64,000 nucleotides of DNA from an uncultured Methylomirabilota bacterium (GTDB lineage: Bacteria; Methylomirabilota; Methylomirabilia; Methylomirabilales; 2-02-FULL-66-22). Positions within the stretch are counted from its first letter, which is position 1. The number at the start of each line of letters is the position of its first letter. The stretch covers positions 2,112,001 through 2,176,000 of the forward strand of contig CAWJSJ010000002.1 of NCBI GenBank assembly GCA_963845565.1. Reading direction: 5' to 3'. The notes beneath the pieces are model-generated. The model was not told the origin of the DNA, did no database searches, and saw only the letters and a list, made by a program, of their open reading frames with translations. Below, piece by piece: positions 10,470 to 20,239 of this stretch. A program made the translations under genes and the position numbers.

Positions 10470-11492
10470 ATGAGACACCCATCCGTCATCAGCCGCCGCC
10501 GTTTCGTCCAAATCGGAGGGGCAGCCCTCGTGATGCCTGCGCTCATCGGCACGGCGCGGGCGCAGACCAAGTTCACCTGCCGGATCGCCCATAACGAGGC
10601 GATCGGATCGCCGCTCACGCAGGCGTTCGAGACCTGGACCAAACTGCTGAACGACAAGAGCGACGGCCGCATCCAGGCGCAGCATTTCCCAGCAGGCCAG
10701 CTCGGCAGCTACACCCAGAACATCGAGCAAAACCGGCTCGGCACGATCCAGATCACGACCGGCGGACCCGACACCGAGGAATCCGTCGCGCCGGAGATCG
10801 CGGCCACCGGCGGCGCGCCCGGCTTCATCTACCGCGACGATGCACATGTCGATCGCGTCCTGCAGGGGGAGATCGGCGTGGAAGTCTCGCGCATCGCGCG
10901 GGCGAAGACCGGCGTCGAATTCGTCGACTATGGCGAGGTCGGATTCCGGCACATCCTGGCGAAGCGGAAGGTGACCAGCCTCGACGAGGTGAAGGGTCTC
11001 AAGATCCGCGTGCCAGAGCTCAAGATATGGGTCGATTTCTGGAAGAAGCTCGGGGCCAACCCCACGCCGCTTCCCTATGCCGAGCAGTACAGCGCGCTGT
11101 CGACCGGCCTGATCGACGGGCTCGAGGCGGACGTCTTCTCGATCAAGGGCTTCAAGTGGGGCGAGCAGGCCAAACATTTGACCCTGACCGGCCACTGGTT
11201 CCTGCCCAAGGCGGTGCGCGTGAACGCGCGCTGGCTCGATTCGCTGCCCGAAGATCTGCGCAAGTTCGTTCGCGACTCCGCCAAAGGCGTCTTCGCCGAG
11301 CAGCGGAAGCAGAACCGGGCCAACGCGGCAAAGACCCTCGAGGAGCTCAGGGCGTCGGGAATCACCATCTATCAGCTCAGCGACGCGCAGAAATGGCGCG
11401 AAGCGACCGAGCCGCTCTTTGCGGAGTTCGGCGCCAAGAGCCCGGCGACCAAGGCGATGATCGACAAGATCCGTGCGCTCGCCGGCGCGTAA
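10470..11492 (+). CDS. dctP: TRAP transporter substrate-binding protein (Tat-like signal)
   Basis: SRRRFV signal; FPAGQLG, GFRH, KGLKIRVP, LGANPTPLPYAE. Confidence 0.92.
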   Translation: MRHPSVISRRRFVQIGGAALVMPALIGTARAQTKFTCRIAHNEAIGSPLTQAFETWTKLLNDKSDGRIQAQHFPAGQLGSYTQNIEQNRLGTIQITTGGPDTEESVAPEIAATGGAPGFIYRDDAHVDRVLQGEIGVEVSRIARAKTGVEFVDYGEVGFRHILAKRKVTSLDEVKGLKIRVPELKIWVDFWKKLGANPTPLPYAEQYSALSTGLIDGLEADVFSIKGFKWGEQAKHLTLTGHWFLPKAVRVNARWLDSLPEDLRKFVRDSAKGVFAEQRKQNRANAAKTLEELRASGITIYQLSDAQKWREATEPLFAEFGAKSPATKAMIDKIRALAGA

Positions 11493-11493
11493 C

Positions 11494-11655
11494 AGGCTTC
11501 TGAAAAAGGCCCATCTGCCGGGACCCGTCTTCCGGACGGGTACCCCGCTTACTCGGGCACTCGCTGCGGCGTACCGGGAGTACGCCTTGACCCACCTTCG
11601 GTGGGTACCCCGCCCTTTGCGTGCCGCCTTGCATCTGGGCCTTTTTGAGCAGCCT
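11494..11655 (+). mobile_element. MITE-like repeat family B, copy 3
   Basis: AGGCTTCTGAAAAAGG ... CCTTTTTGAGCAGCCT. Confidence 0.75.
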
Positions 11656-11744
11656 TGGCGAAAACGATCATTTCAGCGTTTTGCTACAGCTCTACCACGG
11701 CGCGGGGGGCGGCCTGCGGCCTCCGCGGTGCGAGGGGCAGCGCT

Positions 11745-13625
11745 GTGAGTTCGGAAGCCGCCGTCACGGGCGCCCCGCGAGGCGCCCGCACGCCGATCCC
11801 GGTTCGCATTGCCGATGCGGTGGACCTCGCAGTGGAAGCGGTGTCCGCCACGCTCCTCGTCGGAACCGTGGCGATCGCGTTCGTGCAGGTCGTCTTTCGC
11901 TACGTGCTGAACAGCGCGCTGAGCTGGCCGGAGGAGATGGCCCGCTTCGCCTTCGTGTGGTTCGTGTTTCTCGCCGCCGCGATGGTGACGCGGCGGTCCC
12001 GCCACGTCGTCATCGACCTGCTGCCGCGGGCGCTCGGGCCGAGCGCGCTTCGGGTGCATGCGTGCGCAGCGCGGATCATCTCGGCGACGGTCGCCGCGTT
12101 CCTTCTCGTCTATGGGGCCGATCTGGTCCTGAAGTCCACCTACGTGTCTCCGGCGCTGCAGTGGCCTTACACCTATCTCTATCTCGCCGTCCCGAGCGGC
12201 GCGGCGATTTCGCTGGCGCTGCTGACGCTTGAACCCATCGCTGGCTTCGCTCGGGGCTGGAGCGGCCCGCTGTCGACCCTGGCCGGCGTTGCCGCGTATC
12301 TCGCGCTGGAACGCGCGGCGGGTACGAGCGTCATGGGCTCCTTCGGTGTCGTCTGGCCGCTGGTGATCATCGGCATCGGTTTGATGATGCTCGGCGTTCC
12401 GATCGTCGATGCCCTGATCTTCGGCACATTCGTGGCGTTCCTGCCGCAGGGCGAGCTGGCGCTGCTTCCGGTGCCGCAGGGGCTCACGAACGCGCTGGAT
12501 TACCTGCTGCTCGCCATCCCGTTCTTCATGCTGGCGGCGGGCCTGATGAATGTCAGCGGCATCACCGAGCGCCTGGTGGCGTTCGCGGCGACCCTGGTCG
12601 GACATTTCCGCGGCGGCCTGGGGCACGTGAACGTCCTGACCAACACGCTGATGGGCGGCGTCTCCGGTTCCTCGACGGCGGACGCCGCCGCCATCGCCAA
12701 GACCATGGTTCCCGCCATGGAGCGACGCGGCTATCCGAAACCCTTCGGCGTCGCGCTGACGAGCTCGGCGTCGATTCTCGCCAACATGATTCCGCCGAGC
12801 CTCGGGCTCATCATCTACGGCGCGTTGGCCAGCGTGTCGGTCGGCGCCCTGTTCGTTGCCACCATCGTGCCCGGCCTGTTGATGGCGCTAACGCTGGCCG
12901 TCGTCGTGCACGTCGAGTGCCTGCGGCAAGGCATCGGCGAGCACGGCGAGCGCGCAAGCTGGGCGACGCGTGGAGAGGCCGGGCTGCGCGCACTGCTGGC
13001 TCTCATTCTGCCGCTGGTGATCGTCGGCGGGATCCGGTATGGCGTGTTCACGGCGACCGAGGCGGGGGCGGTCGCCGCGCTCTATTCCGTGGTCTGCGGC
13101 GCGCTGGTATACCGAACGGCCGGCGGGGCCTCGCTGCTGCGGGCGCTTCGCGAGTCGCTGACGGAAACGGCGACGGTGATGGTCATCATCGCGGCCTCCG
13201 CGCCGTTTGCCTTTGCCCTGATCATCGAGCAGGTCCCGCAGAAGCTCGCGATCGCCATGGGCACGCTCGCCGGCAACTGGGTACTGTTGCTGCTGGTACT
13301 CAACCTGTTCCTGCTCTTCGTCGGTCTGGCCATGGAGATGATCGCCTCCATGGTGATCCTGGTGCCGTTGCTGGTTCCGATCCTGAACGCGGCGAAGATC
13401 GACCTGGTGCATTTCGGCGTGGTGATGGTCGCAAACCTGTGCATCGGCGCGCTCACGCCGCCGCTCGCGATCCTGGTGTTCACCGCTGCACGCGTCACCG
13501 ATACGCCGATCCATCTTGCCTATCGCGCCTGCCGACCGTTCATGATCGGTCTGCTGATTTGGCTCGCCGTGATCACCTTCGTACCGGCGCTGAGCCTCGT
13601 TCCCGTGGGCTTGTTCGGTCCATGA
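11745..13625 (+). CDS. fused TRAP small+large permease (DctQ-DctM)
   Basis: QVVFRYV..SWPEE (DctQ) followed by LLAIPFF, SGSSTADAA, IPPS, TPP (DctM); start approximate. Confidence 0.9.
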   Translation: MSSEAAVTGAPRGARTPIPVRIADAVDLAVEAVSATLLVGTVAIAFVQVVFRYVLNSALSWPEEMARFAFVWFVFLAAAMVTRRSRHVVIDLLPRALGPSALRVHACAARIISATVAAFLLVYGADLVLKSTYVSPALQWPYTYLYLAVPSGAAISLALLTLEPIAGFARGWSGPLSTLAGVAAYLALERAAGTSVMGSFGVVWPLVIIGIGLMMLGVPIVDALIFGTFVAFLPQGELALLPVPQGLTNALDYLLLAIPFFMLAAGLMNVSGITERLVAFAATLVGHFRGGLGHVNVLTNTLMGGVSGSSTADAAAIAKTMVPAMERRGYPKPFGVALTSSASILANMIPPSLGLIIYGALASVSVGALFVATIVPGLLMALTLAVVVHVECLRQGIGEHGERASWATRGEAGLRALLALILPLVIVGGIRYGVFTATEAGAVAALYSVVCGALVYRTAGGASLLRALRESLTETATVMVIIAASAPFAFALIIEQVPQKLAIAMGTLAGNWVLLLLVLNLFLLFVGLAMEMIASMVILVPLLVPILNAAKIDLVHFGVVMVANLCIGALTPPLAILVFTAARVTDTPIHLAYRACRPFMIGLLIWLAVITFVPALSLVPVGLFGP

Positions 13626-13692
13626 CCGGAGATTGCCGCGCGCGATAGGCGCTCGAGAAACGGGGGGACTGGTGTTCCGTGAGGGGTCAGAG

Positions 13693-14484
13693 GTGAGCGG
13701 ATTACCGTTTGCGCGTGGCAGGTACCGGACCGGCGAATCTCGGCGCTCGGTCCTCGGGCGGTTGTCGCCCGGGCTGGCCCTCTATGCGCGCATCGTCTCC
13801 ATCGTCCTGCGTGCCGGCGCCAAGGCCAAGCGGGGACGGTACGATGATGCGGAGTGGAAAGCGAGCAGCCTTGCCACCGTGCGTGCACTCGAGGCGGCGG
13901 GTGTCACGATCGACATCTCCGGCCTGGAGCACCCGGCAGCGCTGGAGGGCCCCTGCGTCTTCATCGGCAACCACATGAGCACGCTGGAGACATTCGTCCT
14001 TCCGGTGGTCTTGCTCCCCTTCACGAAGGTCACCTTCGTGGTCAAGCGCAGCCTGGTAGAGTACCCGGTGTTCGGGCACGTCATGCGCTCCAGGGATCCC
14101 ATCACGGTGGGGCGAACCAATCCACGGGAAGACCTGAAGGCGGTGCTGGAGGGCGGCGTGGAGCGGCTCGGCAAGGGGGTCTCGATCGTCATCTTTCCCC
14201 AGACGACGCGCGTGCCGCTCTTCGATCCGGAGGAATTCAACACCATCGGCGTCAAGCTGGCGAAGAAGGCCAACGTTCCGGTGGTCCCCTTGGCGCTCAA
14301 GACGGATGCGTGGGGCAACGGGACGCTGATGAAGGAATTCGGCAGGATCGATCCCTCCAAGACCGTGTACTTCGCCTTTGCGGCGCCGATGCGGGTCCAG
14401 GATCGGGGCGCGGAGGAACATGAGGCCATCGTCCGGTTCATCAGGACGAAGTTGAAGGTGTGGGGTGGGTCGGTCGTGGAGTGA
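13693..14484 (+). CDS. 1-acyl-sn-glycerol-3-phosphate acyltransferase family
   Basis: NHMSTLE (HxxxxD-like), VVKRSL, IFPQTTR. Confidence 0.85.
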   Translation: MSGLPFARGRYRTGESRRSVLGRLSPGLALYARIVSIVLRAGAKAKRGRYDDAEWKASSLATVRALEAAGVTIDISGLEHPAALEGPCVFIGNHMSTLETFVLPVVLLPFTKVTFVVKRSLVEYPVFGHVMRSRDPITVGRTNPREDLKAVLEGGVERLGKGVSIVIFPQTTRVPLFDPEEFNTIGVKLAKKANVPVVPLALKTDAWGNGTLMKEFGRIDPSKTVYFAFAAPMRVQDRGAEEHEAIVRFIRTKLKVWGGSVVE

Positions 14485-14710
14485 CCTTTCGATCTATCCG
14501 CCCCTGTCCAGGGGACGATTCCGCTGCGACGTTAATCATTCCCACGGCTGGAAACAATCCTGCGGTCTTGTGGTTTCCAGCGGCTTCTTGGCCATGCTCG
14601 GAGTTTACGGGCCATCCAGCCGGCGGCACCGGAGGCCCTGCCAGAGGCGCGAGGGGCCGCGGGTGCGTTGGACAGCCTCCGCCATGCACCTGGGGTGCGT
14701 GGACGGCGCA

Positions 14711-15679
14711 TCACGGGGTCAAGGGCGAGGATTTGATCTGCCGAGCCATAATGAACAGCGATTCCGCCCGTTCACGCGCCTGCGCATCGGGCGCGCGCCG
14801 GAGGGCGAGCTCGCCCAGGCGGCGCAGATGGCCCGACATGCCATCCCGGAACGCGCGAGCGGCCACCGGACCTTTTGGAAAGAGCAGAGCCAGGCCCTCA
14901 GCCAAGAGAGAGGGGTTGACAGAGGTTTCCAGATCCACCGCCCATCGGATTGCGCTTTCGACGGAAGGGCGCGGCTCCCGGGCGAGAGACTCCTCGGCCG
15001 CTTCCAGGGCTGCTTCGCGCCGGATATTCTGCGCCAGAAATCGCTCCGCCGCCTCCACCTCAATGTGCGCCTCGCGCGCGTGGCCGCGGAAAAAGCCCAA
15101 CAGGTTGGCATGGTTGCTCTCGTTCAGGGAACGATCGAGCCAGAACCGGGCCTCCTCCTCATCCACCGGGTATGCCTCGGCCAAGCGGAGGTAAAACTGA
15201 GAAGAGCGGGCCTTGAGGGCGATCGCCCTCCCGAGGATCTCCAAGCCCGGTGCGGGAGGGACACGTGTCGGTAGGAGCGCTTGCTCGAACCAGCACCGAT
15301 AGAGTGACTCGACCGCGCCGATGATGCCCTTGCCTGCCGACATCTTGGAGAGATAGCAGTTCGCCCCAAGGATATAGGCCTCGGTTACGTCCTCCGGGTC
15401 GACTTTGTTGGAGAGTACGATCACGGGGATGGCCGCCCAGGCCGGGTTCGCCTTCACTCTCCGGATCACGTCGAGACCGGAACCGTCCGGCAGTTCCACG
15501 TCCACCAGGATTAGGTCAACAGGTTGGCCGGCCGCCAGGCGCTCCTGAAGGAGGGTCAGCGCTTGGCGCACGGTTGCCGCTGGCAAGACCTCCCCTGAGA
15601 AACCCAGCTGCTGGAAACCAATCTGGACGAGTCTTGCCAGGTGGGGATCGTCTTCCAGGTGAAGAATGCAATATGCCAT
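14711..15679 (-). CDS. response regulator: receiver plus C-terminal ferritin/rubrerythrin-like helical domain
   Basis: LHLEDD, DLILVDVELPDGSG, GANCYLSK; C-terminal AI..K.....FY..LA...ESNH; GGAGG RBS. Confidence 0.8.
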   Translation of the reverse strand: MAYCILHLEDDPHLARLVQIGFQQLGFSGEVLPAATVRQALTLLQERLAAGQPVDLILVDVELPDGSGLDVIRRVKANPAWAAIPVIVLSNKVDPEDVTEAYILGANCYLSKMSAGKGIIGAVESLYRCWFEQALLPTRVPPAPGLEILGRAIALKARSSQFYLRLAEAYPVDEEEARFWLDRSLNESNHANLLGFFRGHAREAHIEVEAAERFLAQNIRREAALEAAEESLAREPRPSVESAIRWAVDLETSVNPSLLAEGLALLFPKGPVAARAFRDGMSGHLRRLGELALRRAPDAQARERAESLFIMARQIKSSPLTP

Positions 15680-15816
15680 GTCGGTCCTCCGGGGGGAGAC
15701 AGGTGGGGCAGGACGTCTCGGCCGCTCCCCTCTTATTTTTGCTGCTATCCGCGACGAATCGCTCGCCTCGGCAACTCCTCCGACGCGGGTCGCAGTTACC
15801 GCTCCGATGCGGTGGC

Positions 15817-17081
15817 CTACCGGAAGGAATCCAAGCCGGTGAAATCCAACGTTCGGAAGTAGTCCTCCACGGTCTCGGCCCGGCGAATCAGGCGCACGCT
15901 GCCGTCCTCGCGCAGGAGGAGTTCCGCGGAGCGGAGTTTCCCGTTGTAGTTGAAGCCCATCGCCCAACCGTGCGCGCCGGTATCGTGGATGGCGAGGAGA
16001 TCGCCGACCGCGATCTCGGGCAACGACCGCTGGATCGCGAACTTGTCGTTATTCTCACACAGGCTTCCCGTGACGTCATACGTCGCGGTGGCAGCCGCCG
16101 ACTCCTTGCCCAGGACGGTGATGTGATGATAGGCCCCGTACATGCCAGGGCGCATCAGGTTCGCCATGCTGGCGTCGGTGCCGACGTATCGGCGAAAGGT
16201 CTCCTTGAGGTGGATCACCCTGGTCACGAGCCAACCATAGGGCCCCGTGACGACTCGTCCACACTCCATGGCAAGTCTGACCGGGTGCAGTCCGTTCCGC
16301 ACGATGAGGTCGCCGTACGCCTGCCGGATTCCCGCCGCGACGCGATCGTAGCGGTACCGGGTCCTGGTCGGGCCGGTAGGGGATGCCGACCCCTCCGCCG
16401 AGATTGACCAGCTCCATCCGAATCCCGAGGCGCTGCGTGATCTCGACCGCCAACTCGAACACGAGCCGAGCGGTTTCCACGAAATACGCCGGGTCGAGCT
16501 CGTTCGACGCGACCATGGTGTGCAGTCCGAACCGGGTGGCCCCTTTCGCCTTGAGACGGGCGTACCCGGCTAGAAGCTGATCGCGGGTGAACCCGTACTT
16601 TGCCTCCTCCGGCTTTCCGATGATCGCGTTGCCGCCCTTGAGCGGACCCGGGTTGTAGCGGCACGAGACCAGTTCAGGAACCCCGCAGGCACGCTCCAGA
16701 GCGTCAATGTGGCTGATGTCGTCAAGGTTGATGACGGCCCCGAGTCGCCGCGCCTCGCAAAACTCCTCGGCAGGCGTGTCGTTCGAGGTGAACATGATGT
16801 GTTCACCGGTGATGCCAACCCGTTCCGCCATCAAGAGCTCGGGTCGGCTGGAACAGTCCGCCCCGAAACCCTCGGCCTTGAGGATGGCGAGGATGTACGG
16901 GTTCGGCAGGGCCTTGACGGCGAAATAATTGATGAAGCCGTCGAACTCGGCGAAGGCGCGCCTGAAGTCACGGGCGTTCGCCCGGATGGCTCGTTCGTCA
17001 TAGACGTGGAAGGGGGTCGGGAACTCGGCGGCGATCTTCTCTGCCCGCGCTTTCGTGAAGGGGTACGGTCTTTGTGGTCAT
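15817..17081 (-). pseudogene. lysA: diaminopimelate decarboxylase with two apparent frameshifts (~17060, ~16352); possibly sequencing error
   Basis: FPTPFHVYDE, YFAVKALPNP, NLGGGVG, MECGR, MRPGMYGAYHHI, GSLCENND, MGFNYN spread over three frames. Confidence 0.85.
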
Positions 17082-17509
17082 CGGTGTGTTTTGGATTATG
17101 GGTGAGCATCCACGCGCAACCTCGGCACACATCTCCGAGCCTGCAGCGGTGTAAGCCACGAGAAAATGCCTCATTAACCCGGTCGGCGTCAAGGGGAAAC
17201 GCGAGACAACGCGACGTGGGAAACTGCCAATCCGGACGCTCGCTCGACGCGGCGATTCTTTTTCGGGAGGGGTTCGGAGGGCCTCGTGGTGCAGGGAGAC
17301 AACCGTTACGTGATCGCAGAGGAGGGTATGATCCGTTGCGCGCCAACGGGTAGCCAGACACATCCGTTTTCGCTTCGCCGGATAATCATTCCCGGATCAT
17401 CTTTTCCCCTGGGTCAAATTGGGCGGGAATTTTTACCGGCTTCCCGCCATTGTTTTTTCGGAAGAACCATAACCTCCCAAAAAGTAACACCAGCAGACTC
17501 GCAAAAACC

Positions 17510-17525
17510 GGGCACGAGTCTTGCC
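17510..17525 (+). promoter_or_regulatory. sigma54 (-24/-12) promoter candidate
   Basis: GGGCACGAGTCTTGC vs consensus TGGCACGNNNNTTGC, ~90 bp upstream of the secreted repeat protein, preceded by an AT-rich tract. Confidence 0.6.
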
Positions 17526-17616
17526 AAGGGTTAAACCGGTTTGACTGATCCAGTTCCCGACCGTTTCCATCCGATTTCATTGCGTATTCATTGGGCAGAT
17601 GTCGAGGGGGGTGACG

Positions 17617-19111
17617 ATGGGGTTGATGGCAAGAACCCTCGTCCTTCGGGTAATCAGCCGTGCTTCACGAAGGATCGTGACGAGTCTTTGCTTCGCGAGC
17701 CTCATCCTTGGAACCGCTCACGCCGCGCAGCTCACCGCAACGTGGGTTGACAATTCGGATAACGAGAAAGACTTCAAGCTCGAGCGGAAGACGGAGACAA
17801 CTGGAAAGTATCAACTCCTTGCGTCTGTGCCCGCCGACACGACTGTCTACGTCGACACCACGGTGACCGCAGGTACCACTTACTGTTACCGAATCCGGGC
17901 CAAAAACGACGCCGGGGAGTCCGCCAACTCCAACGAGGCCTGCGCGGTGGCCACCAACCCCGTACTCCGGGCCCTCACCGTTGCCAAGGCGGGCACCGGG
18001 ACCGGTACCGTCGCTTCGAGCCCTGCCGGAATTAACTGCGGCGCCACCTGTAGTGCGAGCTTCACCAGCGGGACCAGCGTCGGCCTGAGTGCGACCGCTG
18101 CCACCGGCTCGACCTTCACCGGCTGGAGCGGGGCCTGTACCGGGACCGGCGGATGCGCCGTGGTACTCGATGCTGCCAAGAGCGTCACGGCGACGTTCGC
18201 GGTCGGAGCGCAGGCCACCACCACGCTTACCATGTCCAGCGTCACCGCCAGCCCAGGCGAGCCCGGTAGTGGCCGGGACGGCCCTCACGCTCACCGCCAC
18301 GGCGACCGGGGGCACCGCCCCCTATCAGTTCAAGTGGTGGGTCTGGAACGGCAGCGCCTGGTCCGTGGCGCGGGAGTGGGCCCCCGGCAACACTCTCCGC
18401 TGGACGCCCACTGCCCCCGGAGATTACGAGGTCCATGCCTGGGTCCGCAATAATGGCGTGACCGCGGACGCCTGGCAGGCGTGGGGCCGTCTCGCTTACA
18501 CGGTGACGGCTGCTCCCACCGCCTCCCTTTCCACCATGTCCACCACTGTCACCGCCACCCAGGCGAGCCCGGTAGTGGCCGGGACGCCGCTCACGCTCAC
18601 CGCCACGGCGACCGGGGGCACCGCCCCCTATCAGTTCAAGTGGTGGGTCTGGAACGGCAGCGCCTGGTCCGTCGCGCGGGACTGGGGGACCGGCAACACT
18701 CTCACCTGGACGCCGCCGGCGCCGGGGACCTACGAGGTCCATGCCTGGGTCCGCAATAACGGCGTGACGGCGGACACCTGGCAGGCGTGGGGCCGTCTCA
18801 CCTACACGGTGACAGACGCCGCCGCCCCGACCATGGCCAGCGTCACCGCCAACCGGACGGGCATCCGACCGGTCGGCCGGTCCGTCACCCTCACCGCCAC
18901 GGCGACCGGGGGCACCGCCCCCTATCAGTTCAAGTGGTGGGTCTGGAACGGGAGCGCCTGGAGCGTCGCGCAGGAGTGGGCCCCCGGCAACACCCTCCGC
19001 TGGACGCCCACTGCCCCCGGAGACTACGAGGTCCATGCCTGGGTCCGCAATAACGGCGTGACCGCGGACGCCTGGCAGGCCTGGGGACGCCTCAGCTACA
19101 CGGTGAGGTGA
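17617..19111 (+). CDS. secreted protein: FN3 domain, divergent InlB-B-type repeat and three Trp-rich Ig-like (Y_Y_Y-like) modules; frameshift at ~18251
   Basis: signal peptide AHA|AQL; WVDNSDNE...YCYRIRA; GTGTVASSPAGINCG..C; YQFKWWVWNGSAWSV..W x3; extra G at ~18251 relative to the sister repeat. Confidence 0.8.
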
Positions 19112-19173
19112 CCGCGGCGATCCCGTAGCCAGGGCCTCCTGGTCGGTCAGGAAGGTATCGAGTGACACCCAAA

Positions 19174-19210
19174 GACGCGGGGGCTGCCAACAGCTCCCGC
19201 GTTTCTTCCT
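19174..19210 (+). terminator. intrinsic terminator candidate
   Basis: ACGCGGGGGCTG-ccaa-CAGCTCCCGCGT followed by TTCTTCCTT. Confidence 0.55.
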
Positions 19211-19761
19211 TGGCGACGCATTGGATCCCTCCGCTGCACAGCCCCATTCCGCCCCTCGCCGCCTATGGCCCTTCAGCGCACACCCGCCCATACCCAGGCC
19301 CTGCTCGACAAGCGCGAGGACTCTTGCGGTAATAGCTGCGATGCGGGTTCGCGCCAACTGCTTTCCAATTGACACTTGGCGGAATAGTTGTTAGATGAAG
19401 CTAACGCGATTTATATCGAGGAGGCGATTTTTTTAGGAGTGTAATCGGTGTGGGTGTGTTTGCCCGCTTTGTATGTTCGCCTTCCTGGGTCTGTGGCCCA
19501 GGAAGGCGTTCCTGTTTCTGGGACTGAAATGGTGCTCTACTCAGAGAGTCGATCATGCGGATCGCTCGTGGCCCCGGCCGGGCCTGGTGTGACCACAGAG
19601 GGAACCTCAAGAACGTCGCCCAACAGGACGCGGGCCCATCTTGCGTTCTTGACTGATGGTTGACGCGGTGTCTGTTTCTCCCGATCTTTGCCAGCACGGG
19701 TGTCGAGAGGTGTTCGCATGATTGTTGGTCTCGAGAGCGTTGGAGGCGGGGAGGCGGCGAG

Positions 19762-20223
19762 TTGAAGTCATCATTCGTAATTGGTCTCATCCTTCTGCAA
19801 ACATGTTGCACAGAAATGATCGGACATTGCGTGGACGATTCCGCTCAGTTTTTTTCCGTAAAAGAGATTCTTGATTCATGCGGGATTCCGGGCCCGTGCG
19901 ATGTGGCGAGGGGCTGTGAGGGGAGAATAGTCAGGGTCAAAGGTCACATAGATTATGACAACATCTTCGATAAGAAAACGTATCCGCATTTGCCTTACGA
20001 GAAATTCACCATTCGCGACAGAGACGGGAAGTCCATAGAGGTATGGATTGGCTCCAAGGATAGTCGTGAGATATTCAGCGCCATTCGTCGCCATAAATCC
20101 TTACCTGAGAAAATGGTACACCTCGAGGGAGAAATCGTGGGTTTCGACCTGCCGATAATGGGGGAGTGCCATCGGGGAATAAAGATCCAGCTTGCAGGAG
20201 CCGGGAAGATATTCTTTAGGTGA
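19762..20223 (+). CDS. small hypothetical exported/lipoprotein upstream of C10 protease
   Basis: MKSSFVIGLILLQTCC N-terminus; lower GC than flanks; 16 bp before the protease start. Confidence 0.6.
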   Translation: MKSSFVIGLILLQTCCTEMIGHCVDDSAQFFSVKEILDSCGIPGPCDVARGCEGRIVRVKGHIDYDNIFDKKTYPHLPYEKFTIRDRDGKSIEVWIGSKDSREIFSAIRRHKSLPEKMVHLEGEIVGFDLPIMGECHRGIKIQLAGAGKIFFR

Positions 20224-20239
20224 TCTTGAGGAGATAGCC

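Noticed and set aside
14546..14581. Hairpin GCTGGAAAC...GTTTCCAGC between convergent genes as an ncRNA
   Set aside because: A single 9-bp stem with no further support; at most a terminator-like structure.
17100..17400. Lysine or c-di-GMP riboswitch upstream of lysA
   Set aside because: I could not match conserved riboswitch motifs by eye; an Rfam/Infernal scan would settle it.
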